Origin: Oceanispirochaeta sp.
Lineage (GTDB): Bacteria; Spirochaetota; Spirochaetia; DSM-2461
Length of the DNA: 64,000 nucleotides
Direction: 5' to 3'
Assembly (NCBI GenBank): GCA_963663385.2
Contig: CAXXXD010000002.1
Span: forward strand, 896,001-960,000
Of this stretch, positions 29,037-39,526 are shown piece by piece. The translations under genes were made by a program, and so were the position numbers. The notes under the pieces were generated by a model. That model was not told the DNA's origin, ran no database searches, and was given only the letters and a program-made list of their open reading frames with translations. Position 1 is the stretch's first letter; each line of letters starts with the position of its first letter.

Positions 29037-31286
29037 ATGAATATTTTTAATAGAATGAAGATCGGAACCAAGATGGTTGTATCCTTATCGGTTCTCATCG
29101 TTTCAACCATTTCCGTATTAACACTGATTGTGGCATTTCGGGTTAATAGTATCTCAAAGATTGACAGCGAAGAGATAGCCCGTCAGACAGCTCATCATTA
29201 TGCCAATGTTATTAAAGCGGAATTGGATGTCGCCATGGATGAAGCCCGCTCTCTGTCGACTATTTTCGAATCCATGGCAATTGTGGAGGGTGTAAATTTT
29301 ACCAGACGGGAAGCTAACAGCATCCTGAAGTATTTCATCGAAAAAAATACGAATTTTCTGGGTGTCTATACCTGCTTTGAACCCAATGAATTCGGCAGCA
29401 ATGACAGGAATTTTGCAGGGGAATATGGACACGATACAAGCGGCCGTTTTATTCCTTACTGGATCAGGGACAAGGATGGCAAGGGCGTTCTGGAACCACT
29501 CCTGGATTATGATACATCCGGGGCCGGTGACTACTATCAGATTCCCAAAAACAGAAACCGGGAGAGTGTGATAGATCCTTATTTTTACCCCATACGGGGT
29601 AAGGATACTCTATTGACGTCCCTTGTTGTTCCCATCAAAAACAAAGAAGGGAGTTTTATCGGTATCGCCGGTATCGATCTCGCTCTGGATAACCTGCAGA
29701 ATCTGGTAATGAACTCTCAGATCTCTACCTATCAGAATGCTTATATAACGTTCTATTCCTCCAACGGTACTGTTGTAGCTTCCAGGGATCCGGATTCTGT
29801 GGGTAAAGCGATCGGGGAAACCACCGGCAGCCGCGAATTGACTCAGTTTGTAGAGGAAAATCAGGATTTTCAACTGGATCATATTTCAGAAATCACCGGT
29901 GAAAAGAGTATGACCGTAGGAGTACCGGTAGTCATCGGGGATTCGGGCATTGAATGGATTGTTGCCGTATCCATACCGCATAAGGAGATGTATGCCGCCA
30001 TGTGGAATCTGATTTATATGACGATTGCTGCGGGTATTGCTTCCATTATCTTTATTCTTGTTCTTGTTTCGTTTATTGCACGATCCATTTCAAGACCTAT
30101 CAATCTGATTACCGAAGGTGCCAGGGGATTTGCCGTGGGTGATATTGATCTTGAGAATATCGACCGTAAGGATATTGCCGATATAAATGCCAGGGGGGAT
30201 GAACTGGGCGAGATCGGCCGGGCCTTTTCGGAACTGATCGAATACATGAGTGAAAAAGTTCAGGTGGCAGAGCAGATTGAACGCGGGAACCTGCAAATCA
30301 AGGTCGAAGCAAAATCCGACAAGGATAAACTGGGGAAATCCCTGATTGCCATGGCGGCAAAACTGACCGGAATTGTCAGCGATATCCATTCCGCAAGCGA
30401 AGCTGTTTCTACGGGAAGCCAGCAGTTGTCATCCAGCGCGCAGCAGCTGTCCCAGGGATCAACAGAACAGGCTGCCGCCGCAGAGGAAGCGTCCTCCTCC
30501 ATGGAACAGATGGGTTCGAATATCAAACAGAATGCAGACAATGCCATTACTACGGAGAAGATCGCCCAGAAAGCTTCAATTGATGCGGAAGAGAGCGGCA
30601 GGGCTGTTTCGAAAGCTGTAACAGCCATGAAGGAAATATCCAGTAAAACTTCAATTATTGCCGAGATATCGCGGCAGACCAATCTTCTGGCCCTGAATGC
30701 CGCAATTGAGGCTGCCAGAGCTGGAGAACACGGCAAAGGGTTTGCTGTTGTTGCTTCGGAAGTCAGAAAACTGGCCGAACGGAGTCAGGAAGCAGCCGGA
30801 GAGATAAGCGAACTGTCGGCGAACAGTATGGATATTGCCGAGAAAGCCGGTTCCATGCTGGACAAACTGGTCCCGGATATTAAGAAAACCGCAGATCTGG
30901 TGCAGGAAATCAGTGCATCCAGCAGGGAGCAGGATGCCGGGGTTGTTCAGATTAATACGGCCATACAGCAACTGGACCTGGTTATTCAGCAGAATGCTTC
31001 CGCGTCGGAGGAACTGGCATCCACATCGGATGAGCTGGCAAGTCAGGCTCTTCAAATGAGGTCTGTGATAAATTTTTTCAATATAGGAAGTAAAACTCCC
31101 TTTAGTATGGCGAATACAGGGAAACCGCAGAATTCTGCTGATCATCCGGAGAGTGAAGAGGAGATTCATCATATCAACTTTCATGTCTGTTCCGCAGGAG
31201 AGGATAAGGCCGCAGCAACTTCTCATAGCAGGGAGTACGCTGTAAAGAACGATGAACCGCCAACAGCGGATTTTATTGAGTATTAA
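29037..31286 (+). CDS. Methyl-accepting chemotaxis protein (dCache-HAMP-MA)
   Basis: Two TMs; 'GRFIPYW', 'DPYFY'; '[37 protein letters not shown]'; C-terminal pentapeptide DFIEY. Confidence 0.96.
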   Translation: MNIFNRMKIGTKMVVSLSVLIVSTISVLTLIVAFRVNSISKIDSEEIARQTAHHYANVIKAELDVAMDEARSLSTIFESMAIVEGVNFTRREANSILKYFIEKNTNFLGVYTCFEPNEFGSNDRNFAGEYGHDTSGRFIPYWIRDKDGKGVLEPLLDYDTSGAGDYYQIPKNRNRESVIDPYFYPIRGKDTLLTSLVVPIKNKEGSFIGIAGIDLALDNLQNLVMNSQISTYQNAYITFYSSNGTVVASRDPDSVGKAIGETTGSRELTQFVEENQDFQLDHISEITGEKSMTVGVPVVIGDSGIEWIVAVSIPHKEMYAAMWNLIYMTIAAGIASIIFILVLVSFIARSISRPINLITEGARGFAVGDIDLENIDRKDIADINARGDELGEIGRAFSELIEYMSEKVQVAEQIERGNLQIKVEAKSDKDKLGKSLIAMAAKLTGIVSDIHSASEAVSTGSQQLSSSAQQLSQGSTEQAAAAEEASSSMEQMGSNIKQNADNAITTEKIAQKASIDAEESGRAVSKAVTAMKEISSKTSIIAEISRQTNLLALNAAIEAARAGEHGKGFAVVASEVRKLAERSQEAAGEISELSANSMDIAEKAGSMLDKLVPDIKKTADLVQEISASSREQDAGVVQINTAIQQLDLVIQQNASASEELASTSDELASQALQMRSVINFFNIGSKTPFSMANTGKPQNSADHPESEEEIHHINFHVCSAGEDKAAATSHSREYAVKNDEPPTADFIEY

Positions 31287-31400
31287 AAGCCGTTAAATAA
31301 AATGTGAGTTCCAATTGAATCGGGTTCCTATTGATAATTTCCTGAATTGTGTGAATATATAAAGTAGCTCTTCTTATGAGTTGGCATTTAGGAGTAAATC

Positions 31401-32012
31401 ATGGAACCCATTATTATGAAAACTATTGAATCCCTCAGACAGAAAGGTTTCACGGCGGAAGTATATCCGGATCGTGAAAATGCCCTGGAGGCAGTATTAT
31501 CTGAAATCTCCTTAGATGAATCAGTCGGTATCGGCGGATCCATGACCGTAAAGGAACTGGGACTGGATGATCTATTAATACAGAGAGGCAATAAGGTATT
31601 TTTTCACTGGCGGGAGAACAGCCCGGAGAAAATGAGTGAAACCAAGAGGGATGCACGGGATGCGGATGTGTATATTTCCAGTACCAATGCCCTTTCCTCT
31701 CAGGGGGAAATTGTTAATATCGACGGTCAGGGGAATCGTGTTTCCTCCATGATATACGGTCATAAAAAGGTCTTGATTATCTGCGGGAAAAATAAAATTG
31801 CCGATGATCTGGATGCCGCACTGGATAAGGCCCGGGAGAACGCTCCCCGAAATGCCGGGCGGCTGAATAAGAAAACCCCCTGTGCCGTCACAGGGGAGTG
31901 CAGTGACTGTAACAGTCCCGACAGGATATGCCGGGTCACCACCATTATAGAACGTCAGCCCATGGGGGCGGATATCCGTGTTTATATCGTTGACGAGGAG
32001 CTGGGGTTTTAA
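31401..32012 (+). CDS. LUD-domain (lactate utilization-like) protein
   Basis: 'GIGGSMT', 'SSTNA', 'NIDGQGNRV', 'PCAVTGECSDCNSPDRIC', 'EELGF'. Confidence 0.85.
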   Translation: MEPIIMKTIESLRQKGFTAEVYPDRENALEAVLSEISLDESVGIGGSMTVKELGLDDLLIQRGNKVFFHWRENSPEKMSETKRDARDADVYISSTNALSSQGEIVNIDGQGNRVSSMIYGHKKVLIICGKNKIADDLDAALDKARENAPRNAGRLNKKTPCAVTGECSDCNSPDRICRVTTIIERQPMGADIRVYIVDEELGF

Positions 32013-32110
32013 GTCCGCGTCAGAAAGAACGGGTGATGCAGTGTTTTTCTATTATATAAGGCGCTCATCCCGGGATATTTCCTGTCAGGTCTGAGCGCCG
32101 CTTCATATTA

Positions 32111-33208
32111 TTACCGTTTAACCCGTCCCGAAGCATCTCCCTTCATCAGTGAGATCACTTCCTCTCTGGTGGAGTAATTCAAATCATTCAGAATGGAGTG
32201 GCAGAGGCAGGATGCCGCCACCGCATATCCAAGGGAATCCTGCAGGTTCAGAGACAGCTCATCATCTGTCAGGGCATAGATAAGTCCGGCAGAGAAAGCG
32301 TCTCCTCCGCCTACCCGGTCTACGATATTTTTTATCTCATAGGGTTTATACTGACCGCCGTCAAGGGGTGCGAAATAGGATTTTTCCGTTATCCCGTCAT
32401 ATAACATGGCTCTCCAGTTATTATGACTGGCCGAAAGGCTTTCCCGCAGGGTTATGGCCACTTTCCGAACATTGGGAAACTGGCTGATTATCTGGCCTGC
32501 CACATCCGGGTAACGATCGATTTCCAGATTGCCGCTGTGTACATCCGTATCGCCTGCTTTAATCTGCAGGATATCCCAGGCATCCTCCTCATTTCCGATG
32601 ACAACATCAACAAAGGGCAGGATTTGTCGCATGGTTTTTTCGGAAAGCTCCCTCGGATCTGTTCCGGGCTCCCATCTCCAGAGTTTCCTGCGGAAGTTCA
32701 GATCACAGGAAACCTGCAGCCCTGCTTCTCTGGCTTTTTGGACAGCTGTCAGTGATGCTTCTGCCGCAACCCGGGATATGGCGGGAGTAATCCCGCTGAT
32801 ATGGAACCAGTGGGCATCTTTAAAGGCGCCTTCCCAGTTATAATCCTCCGCCGGTGTCCGGGTTATAACAGAATGTTCTCTGTCATAGATTACACTGCTG
32901 GGACGCTGATTGGCTCCGGTTTCTATAAAATACAAACCAAGCCGTCCCTCAGATCTCCGGATAAATGAGGTGTCCACACCGAATTTCCTTACCGCATCAA
33001 GACAGGCTTCTCCCAGAGAGTTCGAAGGCAGGGCAGAGATGAATCTGGCATTCCGGCCCATTATTCTGTTCGATACGGCAACATTCCCTTCGGCTCCCGA
33101 AAAACTTATGGAAATATTTCCCGGCATCCCCTGGCGAATCTTCATAAAACCTTCAGGAGCAATCCGCCCCATGATTTCTCCAAATGTTACGACTGTTTTA
33201 TTGCTCAT
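32111..33208 (-). CDS. kdgK: 2-keto-3-deoxygluconate kinase (PfkB family)
   Basis: 'TFGEIM', 'GAEGNVA', 'HISGITPA', 'DLNFR', 'DRVGGGDAF'; adjacent to the aldolase. Confidence 0.88.
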   Translation of the reverse strand: MSNKTVVTFGEIMGRIAPEGFMKIRQGMPGNISISFSGAEGNVAVSNRIMGRNARFISALPSNSLGEACLDAVRKFGVDTSFIRRSEGRLGLYFIETGANQRPSSVIYDREHSVITRTPAEDYNWEGAFKDAHWFHISGITPAISRVAAEASLTAVQKAREAGLQVSCDLNFRRKLWRWEPGTDPRELSEKTMRQILPFVDVVIGNEEDAWDILQIKAGDTDVHSGNLEIDRYPDVAGQIISQFPNVRKVAITLRESLSASHNNWRAMLYDGITEKSYFAPLDGGQYKPYEIKNIVDRVGGGDAFSAGLIYALTDDELSLNLQDSLGYAVAASCLCHSILNDLNYSTREEVISLMKGDASGRVKR

Positions 33209-33209
33209 A

Positions 33210-33869
33210 TTACCCTCTTACTTCTTTAAGAATTTTAACAGCCTCATCGGCATTGCGGGCGATGGAATCCCAGTCTCCTGCATCAATCAACCGGGGAGGG
33301 GCTATCCAGCTTCCCCCCAGCGCTATTACTTCCGGAGCTTCAAGGTAACTCCGCATATTATCTAAAGTCAGACCTCCCAGAGGCATATACCGGAGTCCCA
33401 GAAAACTGTAGGGTGCGTTTATACCCTTCAGATATTTGATGCCTCCCATCCCTTCCGCATGAAAAAACTTGAGAATATTGCAGCCGTTTTCAACAGCGCT
33501 TTCAATTTCCGAGGGGATGGATATTCCGGGAGCAAACGGAACAGCCTTTCGGGACGCTTCGTTCATTACATTCAGATTCAACCCCGGAGCAACCGCAAAA
33601 TCTACTCCGGCGCTGCTTACCTGCCGAACCTGATCGGTTGTGAGAACTGTTCCGGCTCCGCATGTCATTTCCGGAACTTCGTTCATTATTCTTTTCATTG
33701 ATTCCATTGCGGCAGCTGTTCGGAGGGTTAACTCTATGGCTTTGATACCGCTGTCGGCAAGGGTTCTGGCAAGAGGGACGGCTTTCTCCGCATCATTAAT
33801 GACCAGAACGGCAATAATCCCCGCTGTTTCTATTTTCCTTTCAAGAGGCTCTTCTATTCTTTTATGCAT
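33210..33869 (-). CDS. eda: KDPG/KHG aldolase
   Basis: 'IELTLRT', 'GAGTVL', 'LKFF', 'PLGG', 'GGSW'; start moved to MHKRIE (AAGGAG RBS). Confidence 0.92.
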   Translation of the reverse strand: MHKRIEEPLERKIETAGIIAVLVINDAEKAVPLARTLADSGIKAIELTLRTAAAMESMKRIMNEVPEMTCGAGTVLTTDQVRQVSSAGVDFAVAPGLNLNVMNEASRKAVPFAPGISIPSEIESAVENGCNILKFFHAEGMGGIKYLKGINAPYSFLGLRYMPLGGLTLDNMRSYLEAPEVIALGGSWIAPPRLIDAGDWDSIARNADEAVKILKEVRG

Positions 33870-34079
33870 TTGTACAAAGCTCCTTCGGATCTGTATTTTC
33901 TGATGATAAAAAACATACAACGGAATTTTTGCAGTGTCAATATAATGATACTCAAGTCTCATTATATGGGATTGCATTATCTTAAATAGCGATCTTAATC
34001 TCTTTTAATGAGATAAGAAGGTCTTTGTAACAAAAAGGTTCCTTGAAAAGCGGGAATCCCATTGATATAATCATTCCCT

Positions 34080-34832
34080 ATGGATGTTGCACAAACCGTT
34101 GCCAGAGCCCTGGGCCTGCTTGAACTGCTGGGTAAGCATAAAAAGCTTACCGCCGGGAAAATTACCGAACTGACTCAGATAAACCGGAGTACCACCTATC
34201 GTCTTCTGGCGACCCTGCAGCAGCTGGGCTATATTCGAAAAGATAAGGAGTTCGGTTTTTATTCCCTTTCTCCCAAGATCCTGAATCTGGCGTCTTCGGT
34301 ACGGGAAACGCGGGATATCAAGGAAATCAGCAGCCCCTTTCTGAATGAACTCCATAAGGAGACACAGGAAACGGTTCATCTTGCGGTTCTGGATGTGGAT
34401 GAACTGATCTACCTGGAAAAAAGGGAATCAACCAGGAGCCTCCGGGTTGTTACAATTTCAAAACCCGGCAGTCATGCTCCTCTCTATTGTACTGCCATAG
34501 GTAAAGTACTGCTTTCAGGCATGCCGGATGATCAATTCAGAAGCTATATAAAAAATGTACAATTCAGGAAATATACAGAATCGACTCTCACGGGTATTCA
34601 GGAACTTATTACAGAACTGGATGCTATCAGGGATATGGCATATGCCGAAGACAGGGAGGAACACGAAGAGGGGGTGTACTGTATTGCCGCTCCCATTAAA
34701 GATCCTTCGGGAAAAATTATTGCGGCATTCAGTATTTCCATGCCAACAGTAAGGTGCACCCCTGAACGTAAGGCGGAGCTGATAGAGAGAATTGTTAAGG
34801 TTTCACAGAAAATCTCCGGAGCGATTGGTTAG
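34080..34832 (+). CDS. IclR-family regulator (KdgR-like)
   Basis: 'TVARALGLLE', 'ETVHLAV', 'PLYCTAIGK', 'CIAAPI'; divergent from eda-kdgK. Confidence 0.92.
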   Translation: MDVAQTVARALGLLELLGKHKKLTAGKITELTQINRSTTYRLLATLQQLGYIRKDKEFGFYSLSPKILNLASSVRETRDIKEISSPFLNELHKETQETVHLAVLDVDELIYLEKRESTRSLRVVTISKPGSHAPLYCTAIGKVLLSGMPDDQFRSYIKNVQFRKYTESTLTGIQELITELDAIRDMAYAEDREEHEEGVYCIAAPIKDPSGKIIAAFSISMPTVRCTPERKAELIERIVKVSQKISGAIG

Positions 34833-35015
34833 AAGCTTCAAACAGGCAGCTCTGATGAATCTGGAATTGTAATTCTGGACGGGAAGTACAGAAAATCCTG
34901 CAGAATCAGTGCATTCAGCAGGGAATCGGATTAAAATTATAATGAGAGGTTATTGGCAGCATATTCTTCCCGGCAAATAAATATCTTGATCCGGTAACTG
35001 CTCGGGAGGACTAAA

Positions 35016-36071
35016 ATGAAAAGTTATATATCCGTTATAACTCTGTTCTTCATCCTGCTTTTCATGGAAATACCGCTTCCGTCTGCTGAAATCGAAAGTT
35101 CCGATCTTGATGCCCTTGCCGACTATATCTATTCCCCCATCAGAATAAAAACCGTGCAGCGGGGAAACTTTCAGGGGATTTTAAGGGATGTCAATGAACA
35201 GTGGGTGGAAATTATCGCCCGGGACGGGCAGATCCTTTTAATTGATTATGCATCCATAGAGACCTATGTCCTATTCGATCCGGTTCTGGAGAAGGATACT
35301 TTTTTTCAGGATTCCGCTTCCAACCGTCTGATAGTTATGCCCACTGCCTTTCCCATGGAAACAGGTGAATTTCATGTTGCCAATCAGGAAATCGCCGCTT
35401 TCTCCATGAGTTACGGATTAAATGACAGTGTCTCTTTATGGTCGGGGATCAGTATTCCCGGTCTTCTGCTGAATGCCCGGTACTCCACCGCTCTGTCTTC
35501 GGGTTTTGCCGTTTCATTCGGCTCTTTTGCCGGTTTCTCCTGGTTTGCAGACAGCTTTGATTCGATCCCCGCTGTAATGATTCCCTACGGTATCGCCTCC
35601 TGGGGTGAGGAGAATAATAACTTTACCATTGGGGGCGGTCCCGTATTTCTGTTTAATCAGGAGTGGGATATGCCCGGCTTTGTTCTTGTGGCGGGGGGCA
35701 AAAAAGTTCTGACGTCTACAACATCTTTAGTATTTGAGAACTGGATCTCCTGGGGGCTGCGGGAGGACTTTCATCCGATGAACCCGATCCCTTATACGGA
35801 GGATGACGATGATGATCCTCCGGAAAGCCTCTATGATGAAAAATGGAGCGCCGTTCCGGTTATGATCTTTCCTGCGGTGTGTTTCCGGATTGCCAGTGAA
35901 CGGCTCTCCTGGGATATAGGGATTGTCGTTCCCCTGACCATTACCAATACAGACTATATCCGGGAGGATGACACCCACTACTGGGAAAACGGCGATTTTG
36001 AAATTAACGGGATTGCGGATGATTTTATTATCCCCATTCCCCTTATCAGTGTGACCTACCGGATTGATTGA
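35016..36071 (+). CDS. Hypothetical exported protein, possible outer-membrane beta-barrel
   Basis: Signal peptide; amphipathic Gly/aromatic strands; C-terminus 'ISVTYRID'; GGAGG RBS. Confidence 0.55.
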   Translation: MKSYISVITLFFILLFMEIPLPSAEIESSDLDALADYIYSPIRIKTVQRGNFQGILRDVNEQWVEIIARDGQILLIDYASIETYVLFDPVLEKDTFFQDSASNRLIVMPTAFPMETGEFHVANQEIAAFSMSYGLNDSVSLWSGISIPGLLLNARYSTALSSGFAVSFGSFAGFSWFADSFDSIPAVMIPYGIASWGEENNNFTIGGGPVFLFNQEWDMPGFVLVAGGKKVLTSTTSLVFENWISWGLREDFHPMNPIPYTEDDDDDPPESLYDEKWSAVPVMIFPAVCFRIASERLSWDIGIVVPLTITNTDYIREDDTHYWENGDFEINGIADDFIIPIPLISVTYRID

Positions 36072-36156
36072 GCGCCCTGTTAAACTTCATCATCATATTT
36101 CCATGCCCTGCATTTACCAGTTTCCCGCTATCATAGAGAATCTCGTGCAATTTGAT

Positions 36157-37995
36157 TTATGCATTATTATCAGCAGATAAGATGTATCCTGGAAGTTCAA
36201 TCCTGATCGTAAGACCTCCGCCGGTGTTATTTAACGCTTCGATTAATCCATTGTGTTTTTCTATAATATTATGGCAGATTGCCAGGCCCATTCCCAAATT
36301 CGCTTCTCCTGTTTTTGAACTGAAAAAGGGAAGAAATACTGACTGGAGTTCTTCATCTGCAAGACCCGGTCCATTGTCGCTTACTTTAATAACCACTTTA
36401 CTGTGGTTTTTATCTAAACCGCATTGAACTGTTACAGTTCCTTCTTTCTCGAGGGCTTCAAAACTGTTTTTAATCAGATTCAGGATCAGCTGTTTTATTT
36501 CAAGTTTATCGGCATTGATCAGAATCTCATCATTAACTATATCAATGAGAAGATTGATTTTCCGTTTTCTGGCTTCATATCCAATAAGATTGCAGATGTC
36601 TTTTATAGTCTGACCAAGATCAAATACCTGCACCGTTTCATTCTCTTTTCCAGGTGACAGGGCAACCAGATTCCCGATAATTTTGGATATATCCTCCACT
36701 TCCTCCTCAATACTGACCAGAGAGGCTGCTATTTCATCATTTTTGTTATTAAAGCGTATGTTCTCAAGATAATAGTGGATGATTTCCAATGGATTATTTA
36801 TTTCATGGGCTACTCCTGAAGCCAGCAGCCCTACTGATGCCAGGTTTTCCGAGAGCTGCATCTTTTTTCGGAGTTCTTCATAGGATGTTATATCTTCAAT
36901 AATGATGATGGTTCCTATCAGCTTGCTGCCTTCTCTTACAGGAAACAGAGTAATATTATTCAAGGTTGCCATCTTTTCTGTATAAAGGCGAATATTAAAA
37001 TACTTGTTCTCTTTACCCCTCTTCAGGTCCGGTCTGATCTGCCTGAGAACTTCAGCATTTTCAATTCCCAGAAGGGTCGAGAATCTTGTGGAATCTTCAA
37101 GAGTCTCGCCCTTGGGAAAAAGTTCTGCCGCCTGTTTGTTTACAAGTTTTACTTCTTCATCAGTATTGATAAGGATAAGGTTTACAGGCAGGTCATTCAG
37201 AATTGTTTCATTGAATTTCAGAAGCTCGGTAAATGACTGTCTCGTCAGCTTTTGAAGGCTGTCCGTTATCTGTGTGTAAGCCAGTTTGATTAGTGCTATC
37301 CGGTCTATCTTATCAGCATCTTCCGTTGCAAATACCGAGCCGTTTCTGATAATGGAAACTTTATCGGCAAAGAAGAAAATATCGTCGATCCTGTGGGTTA
37401 TGAAGAGTATCCCCATACCCAGATCTTTCCTTCTGTGCAGAAGGATGTGAATCTTGCGGAGGCTTGCGGCATTCAGTTTTTCCAGCGCCTCGTCAATAAT
37501 CAGAAGAGACGGGTTTTTATACAGTGCTTTTAGAATATCAACCAGGACAAGATCGCTTAGACCCAGTTGTTTTATGGGCTTCGAAAGATCCAGATCAATT
37601 TCCACATCCAGGGATGCCAGAAAATCAATGACTTTCCTTTTCTGTCCTCTTCTTGTCTGCAGAGGAAATACGGAAGATTTTTCATCCAGGATTATGTTTT
37701 CCCAGACTGAAAATTCGGTAACCAGGGGGTTCTGCTGACTGACATAATAGATTCCCAGTTCTCTGGCTTTTTTTCTGCTCAGCTTTGATTCAAACTGTCC
37801 GTTAACGCTGAGATGCCCGCCCTTGGGACTGAAGAAGCCGCTGAGAATATGGGCAATCGTAGATTTCCCGGTCCCATGCTCACCCACAATGGCATGAATT
37901 TCTCCGCAGTTAACTTCAAGGGTCGTATCGTTGAGAACAGGATTCGTTCCGTAATTGTAGCTGACTTTCTGAAGGGTTATTGTTTCAAGCTTCAT
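36157..37995 (-). CDS. Hybrid protein: sugar-ABC ATPase domain - PAS - histidine kinase (no TM segments)
   Basis: Walker A 'GEHGTGKST', Q-loop 'VSQQ', Walker B 'LLIIDE', H-loop 'ITHR'; PAS 'ILNDLPVNLILIN...EDIT'; 'AHEINNPL', 'NLIKNS', 'DNGPG', 'GMGLAI'. Confidence 0.9.
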   Translation of the reverse strand: MKLETITLQKVSYNYGTNPVLNDTTLEVNCGEIHAIVGEHGTGKSTIAHILSGFFSPKGGHLSVNGQFESKLSRKKARELGIYYVSQQNPLVTEFSVWENIILDEKSSVFPLQTRRGQKRKVIDFLASLDVEIDLDLSKPIKQLGLSDLVLVDILKALYKNPSLLIIDEALEKLNAASLRKIHILLHRRKDLGMGILFITHRIDDIFFFADKVSIIRNGSVFATEDADKIDRIALIKLAYTQITDSLQKLTRQSFTELLKFNETILNDLPVNLILINTDEEVKLVNKQAAELFPKGETLEDSTRFSTLLGIENAEVLRQIRPDLKRGKENKYFNIRLYTEKMATLNNITLFPVREGSKLIGTIIIIEDITSYEELRKKMQLSENLASVGLLASGVAHEINNPLEIIHYYLENIRFNNKNDEIAASLVSIEEEVEDISKIIGNLVALSPGKENETVQVFDLGQTIKDICNLIGYEARKRKINLLIDIVNDEILINADKLEIKQLILNLIKNSFEALEKEGTVTVQCGLDKNHSKVVIKVSDNGPGLADEELQSVFLPFFSSKTGEANLGMGLAICHNIIEKHNGLIEALNNTGGGLTIRIELPGYILSADNNA

Positions 37996-39317
37996 AGCAG
38001 CCCATGTTTTTCCAGCCGGTTGTAAATCGTTCTTCTGCTGATTTTCAGATACTCAGCAGCTTTTTTTTTGTTGTTGTTGCATGCCCTGAGAGCACCAAGA
38101 AGTTCTTCTTTTTCAAGTTCCTCGGGATTCTCCGAAGAATGTTCAATGGAGGAGTTCTCTCTGCCCGTAAGATAGGGCGGGAGATCCTGTTTTCTTATCA
38201 GTTCATCAGATGACATTGTCATGGCAAAATTGATAACATTTTTTAACTCCCGGATATTACCCGGCCAGAAATAACTGTTAATAATATTCCTGGCTTCCAT
38301 ATCAAAAGCTTTTTCTTCTCCGTAATCCTTCATAAAGTTAGTGATGAGACCTGGAAGATCGTCCTTTCTCTCCCGTAACGGCGGGAGTCGGAATAAGGCC
38401 GTATTCAGTCTGTAATACAGGTCCTCCCGAAACTGTTTTTCTTTGATCAGTTCTTCCAGATCCTTATTGGTGGCTGCAATAAAGCGGACATTTACTTTGA
38501 TAGTCTTATCCCCTCCAAGGCGTCTTATTTCACTGTTCTGCAGAGTTCTCAGAACACGCGCCTGAATCTCAAGGGGCATGTCCCCGATTTCATCCAGAAA
38601 GAGTGTTCCCCCGTCAGCCTGCTCAAATATCCCTTTGTAAAGGGAGTTCGCCCCTGTATAGGCCCCCTTTTCATGGCCGAACAGTTCGTTGTCCAGCAGG
38701 TTCGCCGGGAAAGAGGCACAATTTATTCTATACATTTTACGGGATGCCCTCGGGGAGTGATTATGTACATACTCCGCCATAATCTCTTTTCCCGTTCCGC
38801 TTTCACCGATAAATACCACAGGAAAATCGGTTTCCGCCATTTTATGAATCTTCATCATAAGGCTGTTGATTTGCGGATTCATGGATTGATAAGCGGCTGT
38901 ACGGCGGCTGAGCCTGTTTTTCAGTTCCGCATTTTCGCTGGCTAATCTGGTGGATTGAAGAGCATTTTCGACGACTCTCTGTACACGTGCAAAGGGCAGT
39001 GGTTTCTGCATATAATCCCAGGCTCCCAGTTTGATGGCATCAACAGCTGTTTCTATGCTGGCATAACCCGTCATAATGATGACAGGGACAGCGGAGTCGA
39101 TGCTTTTAATTTTCTTCAGGATATTTATCCCATCTTCATCTTTCAGCCTGAGATCCAGAAGTACGACATCGGCCTGTTTTTCCCGGATATAGGGGAGGGC
39201 TTCTCTGCTGTTCAGAGCAAAATGGGCTTTGTAACCGATATTTTCAAAGTCATGAGCCAGAATGCGACAGAGTTTTTCCTTGTCATCAATGATCAATAAT
39301 GTATAGTTTGTGTGCAT
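37992..39317 (-). CDS. Sigma54-dependent NtrC/AtoC-family response regulator (REC-AAA+-Fis HTH)
   Basis: 'IIDD', 'LLDLRL', 'GESGTGKE', 'ELFGHEKGAYTGA', 'FLDEIG', 'WPGNIREL', 'AAEYLKISRRTIYNRL'. Confidence 0.96.
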   Translation of the reverse strand: MHTNYTLLIIDDKEKLCRILAHDFENIGYKAHFALNSREALPYIREKQADVVLLDLRLKDEDGINILKKIKSIDSAVPVIIMTGYASIETAVDAIKLGAWDYMQKPLPFARVQRVVENALQSTRLASENAELKNRLSRRTAAYQSMNPQINSLMMKIHKMAETDFPVVFIGESGTGKEIMAEYVHNHSPRASRKMYRINCASFPANLLDNELFGHEKGAYTGANSLYKGIFEQADGGTLFLDEIGDMPLEIQARVLRTLQNSEIRRLGGDKTIKVNVRFIAATNKDLEELIKEKQFREDLYYRLNTALFRLPPLRERKDDLPGLITNFMKDYGEEKAFDMEARNIINSYFWPGNIRELKNVINFAMTMSSDELIRKQDLPPYLTGRENSSIEHSSENPEELEKEELLGALRACNNNKKKAAEYLKISRRTIYNRLEKHGLL

Positions 39318-39319
39318 GT

Positions 39320-39360
39320 ATGTAAAATTACCCTTTACATAATGTAAACCTGGTGCACAT
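39320..39360. promoter_or_regulatory. Candidate upstream activator sequences for the enhancer-binding protein
   Basis: Perfect ATGTAAA-N7-TTTACAT (39320-39340) and imperfect ATGTAAA-N5-TGCACAT (39342-39360), about 100-140 bp upstream of the sigma54 promoter. Confidence 0.6.
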
Positions 39361-39459
39361 AATAATGCAAGGCTTATTTTGAATATATTACTTTGTGATT
39401 AATTTAAATCCTTGTGGTATAAAATAATAAATCGCATTTTCTTTTATATTTCTGTAAAG

Positions 39460-39475
39460 TGGCATGATCTTTGCA
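39460..39475 (+). promoter_or_regulatory. Sigma54 (-24/-12) promoter
   Basis: TGGCATGATCTTTGCA, with exact GG-N10-GC spacing. Confidence 0.85.
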
Positions 39476-39526
39476 ATTTGAATGAGAAAAGCCCCTCAAA
39501 GGGGCAGGACATTCAAAGGAGTTTTT

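Noticed and set aside
33870..33977. N-terminal extensions from the ORF track (eda, murR, MFP, SBP 39482, TAXI SBP, recQ, AAA)
   Set aside because: Downstream starts have better RBS or promoter context and match family N-termini.
36157..37995. Fusion caused by a frameshift or lost stop between an ABC ATPase and a kinase
   Set aside because: The NBD is single and diverged, joined by a plausible helical linker with no internal RBS or start signal evident, and a separate intact transport ATPase exists at 42967. An assembly chimera cannot be fully excluded without reads.
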